The notes under the pieces were generated by a model, which saw nothing but the letters and a program-made list of their open reading frames with translations, had not been told where the DNA came from and made no database searches. A DNA stretch of 64,000 nt, from IMG/VR virus record IMGVR_UViG_3300020037_003306, positions 14,690-78,689 of that record. One strand, written 5' to 3'. A program made the position numbers and the translations under genes. Positions 25,729 to 36,018 of this stretch are shown here, piece by piece. Source of the stretch: a virus. Its lineage: Duplodnaviria; Caudoviricetes. Each line of letters starts with the position of its first letter. Positions within the stretch are counted from its first letter, which is position 1.

Positions 25729-26283
25729 ATGGAAAATTATTATGTTTCTGGTCTTCTTAAAGACCCTAAAGCTAGAAAATACATTGATGCTATTCCTAAA
25801 TATTATATTCCATCTATTGAGGAGTTTCATGTTGGATTTGAATGTGAAGAAATGGGATTTGGTACTATTTATGCAAATAAAATTATTAATGAGAATGATA
25901 ACTTGCAAACTCTCCGTGCTTTAGGTTCTCGTATTAGAGTAAAACATCTTGACCGTAAAGATATTGAATCTTTTGGATTTATTTGGGATAATGATGCTTA
26001 TGAAGCAGAAGATATTCATTATAGTAATTTTGATATTGAAGATGAGCAACACGTTATAATTCGTGATTTTTATAGATTTCCTTTTAAAAAGAAAGATAGA
26101 ACTAGGGAGAATGTAAAAACTAAATGTTATGGTCTTGAGCATCATTATAAAACTAATACTTATACGTTAATTAGTATTGAAAATTATTCTGATACAAAAA
26201 TAGTTTTTAAAAACTTTACAATTAAAAATAAATCTGAATTTAAAAGACTGCTTATACAAGGTGGTTTTTATCAAACTAAATAA
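25729..26283 (+). CDS. Hypothetical protein (Bacteroidota-phage YYxPxIEEFHVGFE family)
   Basis: YYIPSIEEFHVGFECE and LDRKDIESFGF segments. Confidence 0.6.
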   Translation: MENYYVSGLLKDPKARKYIDAIPKYYIPSIEEFHVGFECEEMGFGTIYANKIINENDNLQTLRALGSRIRVKHLDRKDIESFGFIWDNDAYEAEDIHYSNFDIEDEQHVIIRDFYRFPFKKKDRTRENVKTKCYGLEHHYKTNTYTLISIENYSDTKIVFKNFTIKNKSEFKRLLIQGGFYQTK

Positions 26284-26292
26284 ATTGAAACT

Positions 26293-26517
26293 ATGCAAGC
26301 TAAAATGGAACAATGGGAAGTAGATTTACGTGCTAAACTTCAAGCTGAATTGCCTGACGGTGCTTACGAGTTTGGAGGCGGAGGAGTTAAAGGTTTCACC
26401 GGAAAAGGTGGATATATTGAATTTGAAGTTGCTATGCGAAAAGAAGTTAGGGGGTTTACACGTCCTAATCTTGAGGATAATATTGTTAATAAATTACTCA
26501 AACTTAAAACTAAATAA
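26293..26517 (+). CDS. Small hypothetical protein
   Basis: 74 aa; Gly-rich GGGGVKGFTGKGG loop. Confidence 0.55.
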   Translation: MQAKMEQWEVDLRAKLQAELPDGAYEFGGGGVKGFTGKGGYIEFEVAMRKEVRGFTRPNLEDNIVNKLLKLKTK

Positions 26518-26778
26518 ATGAGATTCCTTATTCATATTCTTATTATTAATCCTATATTTTGGATTCTTAGTATCTTTACTATGGGAATGATTTATACTCC
26601 TACTGATTATAGATGGTATAGAAAATGGCATGGCGGTAAGTGGTATAATTATTCTCCCCGTATGTATCCTTATATGAGTTTTTGGACGCAAGATAAAGAT
26701 AGTCTTGCTGAGCATGAGATTCTATGTGAAGAAGAAGAATACCCTAATCCTTTTCGTGAGGATATATTAGATAACTAA
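26518..26778 (+). CDS. Small membrane protein
   Basis: N-terminal TM, W/Y-rich remainder. Confidence 0.5.
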   Translation: MRFLIHILIINPIFWILSIFTMGMIYTPTDYRWYRKWHGGKWYNYSPRMYPYMSFWTQDKDSLAEHEILCEEEEYPNPFREDILDN

Positions 26779-26793
26779 TTAAATGCTATTTGT

Positions 26794-27174
26794 ATGACTT
26801 TAGAACTTGCCTTGTATATAGGATTACTATTACATATTCTTGGTGATTATATTACACAAAATAATTGGATGGCGCAAAATAAAACTAAAAATAACTTTGT
26901 TGCTATGCTTCATGCTATGATATATAGTATTCCTTTTTATTTCCTTTTAGGTGTAACTCCTGTTTCTTCTATGATATTTCATACTCATGCTATTATTGAT
27001 AGGTTTGATTTAGCTCAATACTGGATTAAATTAGTTAATAATGGTTGGGGAGAATCTAATTACGGTTATGGAGATAATATGCCTCCTGTTTTAGCTATTA
27101 CTTTGAAAATAATTATTGATAACTTTTTCCATGTTGCAATTAATAGCGTTGTGATTTGGTATCACTTTAGTTAA
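26794..27174 (+). CDS. DUF3307-like membrane protein
   Basis: LLHILGDYITQ..WMAQNK, LHAMIY, HTHAIID, IIDNFFH: His/Asp pattern of DUF3307. Confidence 0.75.
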   Translation: MTLELALYIGLLLHILGDYITQNNWMAQNKTKNNFVAMLHAMIYSIPFYFLLGVTPVSSMIFHTHAIIDRFDLAQYWIKLVNNGWGESNYGYGDNMPPVLAITLKIIIDNFFHVAINSVVIWYHFS

Positions 27175-27187
27175 ACTATTAAATATA

Positions 27188-27823
27188 ATGCCAAAAGTAA
27201 TTTTCTTAGATGCTGGTCATGGAGGTATTAATCCTGCTATTGGTATGTACACTACTGCTCCTAGTAAATTGTTTGACCATGAGAAAGGTAACTTTCATAA
27301 TGGTAGTACTTTTTATGAAGGTGTCAAAAACCGTAAAATTTGTAAAATGCTTCAGCGTAAATTGGTTGAAGCTGGAGTAACTGTTATTCCTGTTTACCAT
27401 GATTATCTTGATACATCTTTGCAAGCTAGAGTTGATATTGCTAATGCTTATCATAAGAATATCCAAGAGGGTATTTACATTAGCGAGCATTCAAATGCTA
27501 CTCCTGAACATAAAGCTCGTGGGTTTCAAGTTTGGACCTCGCCTGGTCAGAATAGTGCTGACGGTTATGCGGATACTCTTATTGAAATTCTTACTCGGTC
27601 TGAAGTTCGTCCTGAAGCTAAGATAAAGATTCTTACTGATAAGACTGATGGAGATGGAGATTATGAAGCTCGTTTCTTTGTTCTTATGCAAACTGCTATG
27701 CCTGCTGTATTACTTGAAAATTTATTCTTTGATAATTACAGTGATGCTACGCTTCTTATGATGGATACGTATATTGAAACTTATACGGATTTACTGGTGA
27801 TGTGGATTAAAATGATTATCTAA
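27188..27823 (+). CDS. N-acetylmuramoyl-L-alanine amidase (Amidase_3) endolysin
   Basis: IFLDAGHGG, YEGVKN, SLQARVDIAN, ISEHSNA, MPAVLLENLFFDN. Confidence 0.9.
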   Translation: MPKVIFLDAGHGGINPAIGMYTTAPSKLFDHEKGNFHNGSTFYEGVKNRKICKMLQRKLVEAGVTVIPVYHDYLDTSLQARVDIANAYHKNIQEGIYISEHSNATPEHKARGFQVWTSPGQNSADGYADTLIEILTRSEVRPEAKIKILTDKTDGDGDYEARFFVLMQTAMPAVLLENLFFDNYSDATLLMMDTYIETYTDLLVMWIKMII

Positions 27824-27851
27824 TTTTTATAACCTTGTTAAAATTTTTCTT

Positions 27852-28481
27852 ATGAAAAAATTAATTGCACTTACTCTAGCTGTTAGACAGTTGGAAAATA
27901 GTATGAATGTTTGTGTGGCTTTTAAACAACCTTGTGAAGCTGATATTGTAAATGTAGTACCTTTCAAAAGTGCTGTGCTTACTGTTGCTTATAATAAATT
28001 GCGTGAGGCTAGAATGCTATGTGGTGATTTGCTTCGTCTTGTTGGTGTGGAAAATCCCTACAACAATGCTTATACGGGCGAATTGAAAGATGAGAATCCT
28101 GCTTATCTTGAGAATGGCGAATTGAAGAATGTTGATTGGAAAGCTGTTTGTTCTCCTTCTATTACTCCTGATGCTTTTGAGCAAGATGAAGATGGGAAAT
28201 TTAACGGTTCTTCTGCTATGAAAAAAGAATTTTCAGAAGAAAGTATTTGTATTGGCTATTTGAAAACTCAACTTGGTAGTATTGATAAAGGTCTTTTTTA
28301 TGAACTTGCAAGTATGAAAGAAGAAATTTATAATGCTATTGTAGCTAAGTATTCTTCTGAAAATAAACTTATGCCAACTTCAATTGATGTTGAAATGAGT
28401 GTTTACTTTCTTGGTGCTGCTACTGCTCTTAAACTTGCAAATTGCAATTTAGGTTTGCGGTTTGGGGAACTTGTGAAGTAA
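27852..28481 (+). CDS. Hypothetical protein
   Basis: 209-aa ORF. Confidence 0.6.
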   Translation: MKKLIALTLAVRQLENSMNVCVAFKQPCEADIVNVVPFKSAVLTVAYNKLREARMLCGDLLRLVGVENPYNNAYTGELKDENPAYLENGELKNVDWKAVCSPSITPDAFEQDEDGKFNGSSAMKKEFSEESICIGYLKTQLGSIDKGLFYELASMKEEIYNAIVAKYSSENKLMPTSIDVEMSVYFLGAATALKLANCNLGLRFGELVK

Positions 28482-28510
28482 TAAAGAAATTTTACCGTAT
28501 AACATCAAAT

Positions 28511-28546
28511 AGGCGTTAATTATCTTGCATAATTAACGCCTTATTT
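28511..28546 (+). terminator. Intrinsic terminator / hairpin
   Basis: Perfect 12-bp stem AGGCGTTAATTA/TAATTAACGCCT followed by TATTT. Confidence 0.7.
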
Positions 28547-28575
28547 ATATCTTGGCACTATAATACTATATTGAC

Positions 28576-29550
28576 ATGAAACAGGTAAAAATAACGTTTA
28601 ACGAGGAATTGCATAAATATACTGATGAGGAAGGTAGTGTGTACACTAGTGTTACCCAACTTATAGGTAAAGTAACTCCTGAATATCCAGCTAAGTTTTG
28701 GGCTATGTATAGAGCTTTAGACCAAACTGGTTATAAGCTTGTTCCTGATATTCCGAATGATACTATTATAGTAGCTGGTGTAAGATATTCAATTACTGAA
28801 TTGTATGCAGGGATTGTAAAAACTCTTAAAACTCCTGCGGAAATTAAGGCAGATTGGAAAGCTATAACTGACCGTTCATTAGCTAGAGGTAATAAAACTC
28901 ATAATTATCTTGAAGATTGTGTTAATGCCTTTTATAAGAAAGGTAATAATGATTTTCAATTGAGTGATATTAATGAAACAAGTTTTAGGTTTAAAATTGT
29001 TAGTGAGGAACAACTTCATAATTCTCCTTTGCAATACAGTCATAAGCTTGTTTACGATACCTTAGTTAAAATGATTACAAGTGGTTATACTATCTATGCA
29101 GAGAAACGTGTTTATAGTTATGAACATAAAGTGAGTGGAACTATTGATATACTTGCGGTAAGAGGTAGAGAGTTTTGGATTCTTGATTGGAAGACTAATA
29201 AAGATGAATTGAAATTTCTTCCTGGTTACTATAAAAAAGCTTGGAATGGTGATAGAAGTGATAAAGTTAAAACTGATAAATGGGTTGCCACTGATGAGAG
29301 ATTTGAATATCCTCTTCACAATCTTCATCTTAGTAAAGGTATGGGTTATGTATTACAACTTTCTTTGTATGCGTATCTGTGCGAAATGTGGGGATTGCAA
29401 TGTAAAGGTCTTATACTTTTTCATTTGAGAGAAGATGATGAGAAAGTTTATCCTCCACGTCCTTATACTCTTGAATATAAAAAACATGAAGTTGGGTTGC
29501 TGCTTGAGTGGCAACTTGCTAAACTTCGTATTCGTGAATCTTATAAATAA
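28576..29550 (+). CDS. PD-(D/E)XK nuclease (lambda-exo/Cas4-like)
   Basis: YTSVTQLI, RGNKTHNYLE, YAEKRVY, GTIDIL, ILDWKTNK, YVLQLSLYAY. Confidence 0.85.
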   Translation: MKQVKITFNEELHKYTDEEGSVYTSVTQLIGKVTPEYPAKFWAMYRALDQTGYKLVPDIPNDTIIVAGVRYSITELYAGIVKTLKTPAEIKADWKAITDRSLARGNKTHNYLEDCVNAFYKKGNNDFQLSDINETSFRFKIVSEEQLHNSPLQYSHKLVYDTLVKMITSGYTIYAEKRVYSYEHKVSGTIDILAVRGREFWILDWKTNKDELKFLPGYYKKAWNGDRSDKVKTDKWVATDERFEYPLHNLHLSKGMGYVLQLSLYAYLCEMWGLQCKGLILFHLREDDEKVYPPRPYTLEYKKHEVGLLLEWQLAKLRIRESYK

Positions 29551-29556
29551 AATGTT

Positions 29557-29862
29557 ATGTTACAAAAATTTAATGATGCTGAAAGTGAGCTTGACAATGT
29601 ACTTGATAAAATGCAAAAGAAAGCTAGACAACATTCTTTTGAATCTGGTACTCAAAATCCAATTGATGCAACAGAAGCAGCTCTTGTCGATTTAAAAGAA
29701 ATCCTTGCGTATTTCCGCAAAAACTTTCTTGATAAAGATGGAAAGTTTGTAAAAATCTCTGTTCTTAAATGGGTATTCGTGAAAAAGTATCGAGATAAGA
29801 TTGGTGCTGCGATTAATTTTCTTGTTGAGAAAATCAAAACTATTGCTTCTCGTTTCAAATAA
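29557..29862 (+). CDS. Hypothetical protein
   Basis: 101-aa ORF. Confidence 0.6.
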   Translation: MLQKFNDAESELDNVLDKMQKKARQHSFESGTQNPIDATEAALVDLKEILAYFRKNFLDKDGKFVKISVLKWVFVKKYRDKIGAAINFLVEKIKTIASRFK

Positions 29863-29888
29863 GTTTAAGGTTGTAAAATTGTTAATCA

Positions 29889-29922
29889 AAGGTGTAGTTT
29901 AAATACTACACCTTATTTTTTT
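29889..29922 (+). terminator. Intrinsic terminator immediately upstream of terL
   Basis: AAGGTGTAGT/ACTACACCTT 10-bp stem followed by A and 7 T. Confidence 0.7.
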
Positions 29923-29926
29923 GTTT

Positions 29927-32227
29927 ATGAAACTATACGGAAAGATTACTAATCCCGATAATGCCGCTTTATTAAATGAAACTTTTGAATACGAAAAGAA
30001 ATTTAATCAACCTCACGTTGCTTTTGAATGGGTAGCTGAAAGATATCGTAAAAATAAAGAGCTTTATGGTAAATATCTTTATGAAGCGGAAACTATTAAT
30101 TTTATTGATACAGATGTGTTTAGACAATCAGCTCTTGCCTATCTTGATACAGGCGAGTATTGTCCTTATGATTCTGAGTATAGTTCTCGTCTTTATAATT
30201 TATGGTGGGATAGAGAAGAATATCGTTGTAAATATGGTATGACTGCTTATTGTCGTATTGATGCTGATGGTAATTATGGTTTAGTACATTGCCCTGCTAG
30301 GCTTTACGGGTTTATGAATTATGCTATTATGTTTCTTCTGAAAGATGTTGATAAAGATGACCCTGATGGAGATGAAGAAATAGATTATGAATTAGTAGAA
30401 ACTGTAAGTAAAGCTAATAGTAAAAAATTGAAAGATATATTACAAGGTCTTTCTACTGTTAGAACAGGAGAAAAAGTAATAGGTCTTCCGAAATTCTTTG
30501 ATGGACAATATCATATAGCGGTTGCTAAAGAATTTGCTCGTTTAATTGGTAAGAATTTTTTTTATGGTAAAGCACGTAGAAAAGGACAAAGTTATTGGAA
30601 CGCTTGGTGTGCTTTTCATAATTATAACTTTTATCCTGAAACTAATACTATTCAAGCGGCTTACGATAAAGCCTTTCTTATTAAAGGTAAAGGGTTGTTT
30701 AAAATGGTTAAACTTTATGCTGACCATATTAATAAATCTACTGATTGGAATAAGTCCCGACTTAAAGATACAGCTGAAGAGATTTATTCAGGTTATGTTC
30801 TTGAAGGTTCTACAATTCAATATGGATATAAATCTGGAGTTATAGCTGTATCTGCACAGCATAATGAAGATGTTACAATCGGTAAAGATTGTCTTGAAGT
30901 ACAATATGAGGAGCTCGGTAAGTTTCAGAATTTTAAAGCATCGTTTGGTGTAACTACATCTACTGCTGAAGCTGGAGATTTTAAAACTGGTCAATTGACA
31001 GGTTGGGGTACTGCTGGTACTAAGGAAGCGAATTGGGAATCATTTGCTGATGTATGTTATCATCCTGAAAATTATGATTCTTTAGTTTGTAATAATGTTT
31101 GGGACGTTGGTGCAGAAGGTACTGGTTGCTGTTATTTTTATCCTCATGTGCAATCTCTTGAGGGTCATATGGATGAATATGGTAATACAAATTATGATAC
31201 TGCTTGGGCTGCGTTTCTTGAAAAGAAAGAAGAAAAACGTAAGACTATAACTGACCAGAAAGAATTTGGTACTTGGTGTGGTCAACGTGCTAATTCTCCT
31301 GAAGAAGCATTTGCTAGAAACTCTGATAACATATTTGATAGTGAAGCAATTCAAGCGCAATTGAATTATATTACTAGAAATCCTAAAGTACATCAAGCTG
31401 CACGTTATGGTATTTTTGTTAAGACTAAAGATGGAGTTAGACTAAAAACTAATGAGGAACTTATACATGAAAAGAAGAAAGCTCATAGTCCTATATTTGA
31501 TTTTCCTTTAAATGCTGGTACAGACTTTAATGGTTGTTGGGTTGAGTGGATGCCTCCATTTAGAGATACGAATGGTAAAGTGCCTAAGGATTTATACATA
31601 GCAGTTCAAGACCCTTATGCTACTGATAAAGAAGCAAAAGAGATTACTACTCGACATTCACTTGGAGCTACTTATATTTTTGAACGTACTAATAATATAA
31701 CTCCATTTGGAGGTGGGATTCCAGTCGCTGCTTATGTAGGACGTCCTCCTAAACTTGATGATTATAATACTCAAGTTATGTACGGTCTTGAATGTTACAA
31801 TGCTAAAATGTTATATGAAAATAATATAGGCGATACTTTATCTTTTATGAAGAGAATGAATCGTACTCAATATTTATATGAAGAACCTAGTTTGGATTAT
31901 GACCGTGATATAGCAGGAAAAAGTGGTAGAAGTTATGGTATATATCTTAGTGATGATAAGAAAGCGAAAGCTTCTCTATATCTTAGGGACTTTCTAGCCC
32001 AACCTATTGGTAAAAACCAAGAAACTGGAGAGATTAAAACTGTATTAAACTATATATACGACCCTGCACTTCTAAAAGAATTGCTTAAATGGCGTTTAAA
32101 GGGCAATTTTGATAGGGTAAGTGCTTGGTTTGTGTTAATGTTTATAATAAAGCAGTTGGATTTTGATGAAGTTAAACCTGGTAAAGCTACAAATACTAAT
32201 TCTTTTTTTAATAGAAATTTACATTAA
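29927..32227 (+). CDS. terL: Terminase large subunit
   Basis: Walker A KARRKGQSY, Walker B YEELGKF, GWGTAG, nuclease VQDPY...YENN...GNFDRVSA; ~770 aa as in crAss-like phages. Confidence 0.92.
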   Translation: MKLYGKITNPDNAALLNETFEYEKKFNQPHVAFEWVAERYRKNKELYGKYLYEAETINFIDTDVFRQSALAYLDTGEYCPYDSEYSSRLYNLWWDREEYRCKYGMTAYCRIDADGNYGLVHCPARLYGFMNYAIMFLLKDVDKDDPDGDEEIDYELVETVSKANSKKLKDILQGLSTVRTGEKVIGLPKFFDGQYHIAVAKEFARLIGKNFFYGKARRKGQSYWNAWCAFHNYNFYPETNTIQAAYDKAFLIKGKGLFKMVKLYADHINKSTDWNKSRLKDTAEEIYSGYVLEGSTIQYGYKSGVIAVSAQHNEDVTIGKDCLEVQYEELGKFQNFKASFGVTTSTAEAGDFKTGQLTGWGTAGTKEANWESFADVCYHPENYDSLVCNNVWDVGAEGTGCCYFYPHVQSLEGHMDEYGNTNYDTAWAAFLEKKEEKRKTITDQKEFGTWCGQRANSPEEAFARNSDNIFDSEAIQAQLNYITRNPKVHQAARYGIFVKTKDGVRLKTNEELIHEKKKAHSPIFDFPLNAGTDFNGCWVEWMPPFRDTNGKVPKDLYIAVQDPYATDKEAKEITTRHSLGATYIFERTNNITPFGGGIPVAAYVGRPPKLDDYNTQVMYGLECYNAKMLYENNIGDTLSFMKRMNRTQYLYEEPSLDYDRDIAGKSGRSYGIYLSDDKKAKASLYLRDFLAQPIGKNQETGEIKTVLNYIYDPALLKELLKWRLKGNFDRVSAWFVLMFIIKQLDFDEVKPGKATNTNSFFNRNLH

Positions 32228-32230
32228 GAT

Positions 32231-34618
32231 ATGTCTAATATAGAACCTCAACATAAGCAAAGTAAAGCTGATAAGATTAAAAATAATTTTGCAGAAAATA
32301 TTGCTATGTACTATATTCAGCAAGCTAATATCTTAGGTGCTGATAGAAAAGAATTACAAATGCTTTATGATGCGGCTGATGGATTAGTTGATGAAGCTAC
32401 TTATGCTTACGTTTTAAATCCGTATCATACTGAGAATGATAAACTTAAAAAGTTTCCTGCTCGTCTTAGAAATTATGATATTCTTTCGCCTGTACTAAAG
32501 TTGTGGATGGGTGAACAATTGCGTAAACCTAAAGGTGCAACTATTACTGCTTTTCCTGCTGACTCTGAGAATCGTAAAAAACAATTTATTGCTGAAAACG
32601 TTAACTCTGCTTTATTGCAAGACTTTATCAATAACCTTAATCAAATGGGTGTTGAAACTGAAATGGCAACAAAGCAAATTGAAGAATATCAAAAAACAGT
32701 TCAAAGAGTTGAAGCTAGTTTTAATGACATTATGTGTCAAAATGGACAAGAAGCTTTTGATTATCTTTATGCTTCGTTAAATATTGATGATAGAATCCAA
32801 GAGATGCTATTTGATTTTATTGTTGTAGGTAGATATTTTACTTTTAAAAGAGTTTATCTCGATGATGTTGATTATGAAGTTTGTGACCCTCGTGATATAT
32901 ATATTGTAGGTTGGGGAAAAAGTCCTTATGCTGAAGATGCTGATGCTGCAATTAGAGTAATGAATATGACTGCAAATAACGTTTTGGATAATTTCCAAGA
33001 TGCAATTTTTGCACATGATAAAGCTGAAGAGATTGTTCAATGGCTTAGTGATATTAAATCAAACTCTTCTGTTGCTCAAGGTACTGGTAGCTTACTTTTA
33101 AATTCTGTAGGTAATGTTAATGGTTTCAATGTTGACCACGAAGGTAGTAGAAATGCAGAAATTACAAGAGGCTTCGACGCTTCTTTAGTTACTGTTTATC
33201 ATATTACTTACAAAACTTTTACTAAAGTTGGTATTCTTAAATACTATAATCAAATTGGTGAGATTGAAAAAAAAGAAGTTGATGAAGATTATAGACTTAA
33301 TAAAACTGCTGGTGATATTTCTATTGAATGGATTTGGATTAATGAGGTTCATGAAGTTTATAGACTTGCTGATAAATACATTATTGGTGCTGGTCCTCTT
33401 CCTGTTCAACGTAATCGGATGAATAATCCTAGCGTTTGTAAACTTCCTTATAATGGTAGAATTATGGGTTATCGTAACGCTGTTGTTATGTCTCCTTATA
33501 AGTCTGGTCTTAATTATCAAGTTCTTTATAATATTTTCCATTATCGTTTTGAACTTCTTCTTGCTAAAAATAAGGATAAGATTCTAACAATGCCTTACGG
33601 TCTTATACCTGATAGTGAAGATTTTGATACTGATAAATTTTTCTATTGGATGGCTGCTGACGGTATTCTTTTTTATGATGATGCAAAACCTAGAGCTGCT
33701 GCTATGATTAGTGGTATTAAATCTGTGGATATGTCATTGGGAAATTACATGGATAAGATGTGGCAGTTTATGACCCAAATAAAAGAGGAATATTGGGATA
33801 GTATTGGTATGAATCGTCAACGTTATGGCGATAGTTATGCTAGTGATGGTAAAGCTAATACACAACAAGCTATCTTTAGAAGTGGTACAATAACCGCTGA
33901 TATGTTTCATCAACTTGATAAGGGTTTAGAAGCGGATTATAATGGTCTTATTGATTATACTAAAGTTGCTTGGTTGAAAGGTAAAAAAGGTATGTATCTT
34001 AATTCCGATAAGAAAAGAGCTTTTCTAAAGCTTACAGCTGAAGATATGCTTCGTTATATGGATACAGAATTTGGTGCATTTGCTAAGAACTCTACTGAGG
34101 AATTTGAGAAAACAGAAGAAGCTAAAAAATTGCTTTTAACAATGGGGCAAAATGGTTTAGGAGCTGACCACATGATTAGTATTTTAGCTGCTAATAATAT
34201 TAGTAAAATTGAAACACTTGCGAAAGAAGGTGTTGCTATTGAACGTGAATTTCAACAATCTCAAAATCAAGCTAATAACGAAGCTATGTTAAAGGCTGAG
34301 GAAATGCGTTCTACTAGAGAAGCTGATAAAAATCAAACTATTATTCAAGTTGCGAATATTAAAGCTGAATCTGATATTGAAGTAGCTTTGATTGGAGCTG
34401 ATGCAAGTCTTGTTGATGTGTTAAATAATACTTCTGTTATGGAAGATTCTGTTGCAGCTAATGCTGGTAATAATGCAATGGTTCGAATTGATGAACGTCA
34501 AAATGCTAGTAAACAACAAAGTGAAGTTTTAAAACAAGTTGGCGAACAAGATAAACGTAACCTTTTTCGTGAGAAAATGGTTAATGATTTAAAAATTGCT
34601 AGAACAAATAAAAACTAA
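32231..34618 (+). CDS. Portal protein
   Basis: 795 aa directly after terL; RNYDILSPVLKLWMGE, CKLPYNG, GMNRQRYG, helical C-terminal barrel. Confidence 0.88.
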   Translation: MSNIEPQHKQSKADKIKNNFAENIAMYYIQQANILGADRKELQMLYDAADGLVDEATYAYVLNPYHTENDKLKKFPARLRNYDILSPVLKLWMGEQLRKPKGATITAFPADSENRKKQFIAENVNSALLQDFINNLNQMGVETEMATKQIEEYQKTVQRVEASFNDIMCQNGQEAFDYLYASLNIDDRIQEMLFDFIVVGRYFTFKRVYLDDVDYEVCDPRDIYIVGWGKSPYAEDADAAIRVMNMTANNVLDNFQDAIFAHDKAEEIVQWLSDIKSNSSVAQGTGSLLLNSVGNVNGFNVDHEGSRNAEITRGFDASLVTVYHITYKTFTKVGILKYYNQIGEIEKKEVDEDYRLNKTAGDISIEWIWINEVHEVYRLADKYIIGAGPLPVQRNRMNNPSVCKLPYNGRIMGYRNAVVMSPYKSGLNYQVLYNIFHYRFELLLAKNKDKILTMPYGLIPDSEDFDTDKFFYWMAADGILFYDDAKPRAAAMISGIKSVDMSLGNYMDKMWQFMTQIKEEYWDSIGMNRQRYGDSYASDGKANTQQAIFRSGTITADMFHQLDKGLEADYNGLIDYTKVAWLKGKKGMYLNSDKKRAFLKLTAEDMLRYMDTEFGAFAKNSTEEFEKTEEAKKLLLTMGQNGLGADHMISILAANNISKIETLAKEGVAIEREFQQSQNQANNEAMLKAEEMRSTREADKNQTIIQVANIKAESDIEVALIGADASLVDVLNNTSVMEDSVAANAGNNAMVRIDERQNASKQQSEVLKQVGEQDKRNLFREKMVNDLKIARTNKN

Positions 34619-34654
34619 TTTAATTAAATTTTTCATTTTAATAAACCAAACATT

Positions 34655-35980
34655 ATGGTAGAGAAAAAAGGTGCAGCTGATGTCAAGATTGAGAGAGGCT
34701 CTGATATGGACAATCTAGTATTCGATGATAATAGTGATACTGGAAGTATGAACAGTGGAACAGATGCTTCTAATTTAGAAGCTACTACTCAAATTCCTGA
34801 ACAAGGAGTTGTGAAGAAAGAAGTTGCTAAAGTAGAACCAATTGCTGGTCAAGAACCAAAAGAAGAGAAAAAGGATAATCTTGAAACTCAAACAACAGAA
34901 GAACCAAAAGAAGATGATATTGTCGAAGTTAATGAAGCGGGCGACCTCGTTGATAGTACTGGTAAAGTACTCGCAGCAAAAGGTGAATTTACTGTCAATG
35001 AAGATGGAACAGTTGAACTTCTTCAAAAAGAAAGTGAAGGTATTAAAGCAGTACTCGAACAAGTTAAAAATGATTATGGTATTGAGTTGAAAGACGAACA
35101 AGGTAATCCTTTGAAATTTGAGAATACTGTTGAAGGTACTGCACAATTGATTGGTGTCGCTGCTGAGAAATTGCACGAAAAACATTTGAATGATTTATTT
35201 GAGGAATATCCTCAATTCAAACATTATTTGAATCATGTTGTTGCTGGAGGTAGCGATGAAGAGTTTTTCTCTGCTCCAACTAACTTTAGAAAAGTAAGTA
35301 TCCCTGCGGATACTGAAACTAATAAAGAAGCGAATCGCAAACTTCGTGAGAATTTGATTATTCAAAAAGAATTTATTGCTAGAGGTGGTGCTAACTTGCA
35401 AGGTGAAGCCGCCGCTAAATTGCAACAAGAAGCTGCTGATTACGCTGCTTATATTCTTGACAAAGGTCAAGAAGGTGAGAAAGCGAAAGACGCTCTTGCT
35501 TGGTTACAATCATTTGAGAAACAAGAACAAGATGCAAGAAATAAAGCCAATGAGGCTACTATTGCAGCTAATAAAGTTCAAGTTGAACAGTACTGGGAAA
35601 ATGTGCGAAATGCAGTTGTTACGGGCGAGTTGAAAGATGGAAAAGGTAATGCTACAATTGTTATCCCAAAAAATGAACGTGATGCTTTTTACAAATACCT
35701 TGCAGCTCCTGTTGGAAATACAGGTAAATCTCAAGCTCAAATTGATAGAGAAAAACAATCTCATTCAATGGGGCTTACACTTGAATATCTTCGCTATAAA
35801 GAATTTGACTTGAATAAATTTATTGAAGCTAAAGCTCAAACTAAACAGGCTGAGAAACTAGAAGTTATTGCTAATGCTGGTGCTAAAGCAAGTAAAAAAA
35901 CAACTGGTATGCGTGTTAAAACTGGGACTACAAATTTTAGTAAACTTAATTTAGGCTTTCTTACTAGTCCTAAGAGTTAA
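34655..35980 (+). CDS. Putative scaffolding/head assembly protein
   Basis: 441 aa, acidic disordered N-terminus plus helical body, located between portal and MCP. Confidence 0.55.
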   Translation: MVEKKGAADVKIERGSDMDNLVFDDNSDTGSMNSGTDASNLEATTQIPEQGVVKKEVAKVEPIAGQEPKEEKKDNLETQTTEEPKEDDIVEVNEAGDLVDSTGKVLAAKGEFTVNEDGTVELLQKESEGIKAVLEQVKNDYGIELKDEQGNPLKFENTVEGTAQLIGVAAEKLHEKHLNDLFEEYPQFKHYLNHVVAGGSDEEFFSAPTNFRKVSIPADTETNKEANRKLRENLIIQKEFIARGGANLQGEAAAKLQQEAADYAAYILDKGQEGEKAKDALAWLQSFEKQEQDARNKANEATIAANKVQVEQYWENVRNAVVTGELKDGKGNATIVIPKNERDAFYKYLAAPVGNTGKSQAQIDREKQSHSMGLTLEYLRYKEFDLNKFIEAKAQTKQAEKLEVIANAGAKASKKTTGMRVKTGTTNFSKLNLGFLTSPKS

Positions 35981-36018
35981 TAAAAATTTTTCTTAATCCT
36001 TACTAATTTAAAAAAAGT

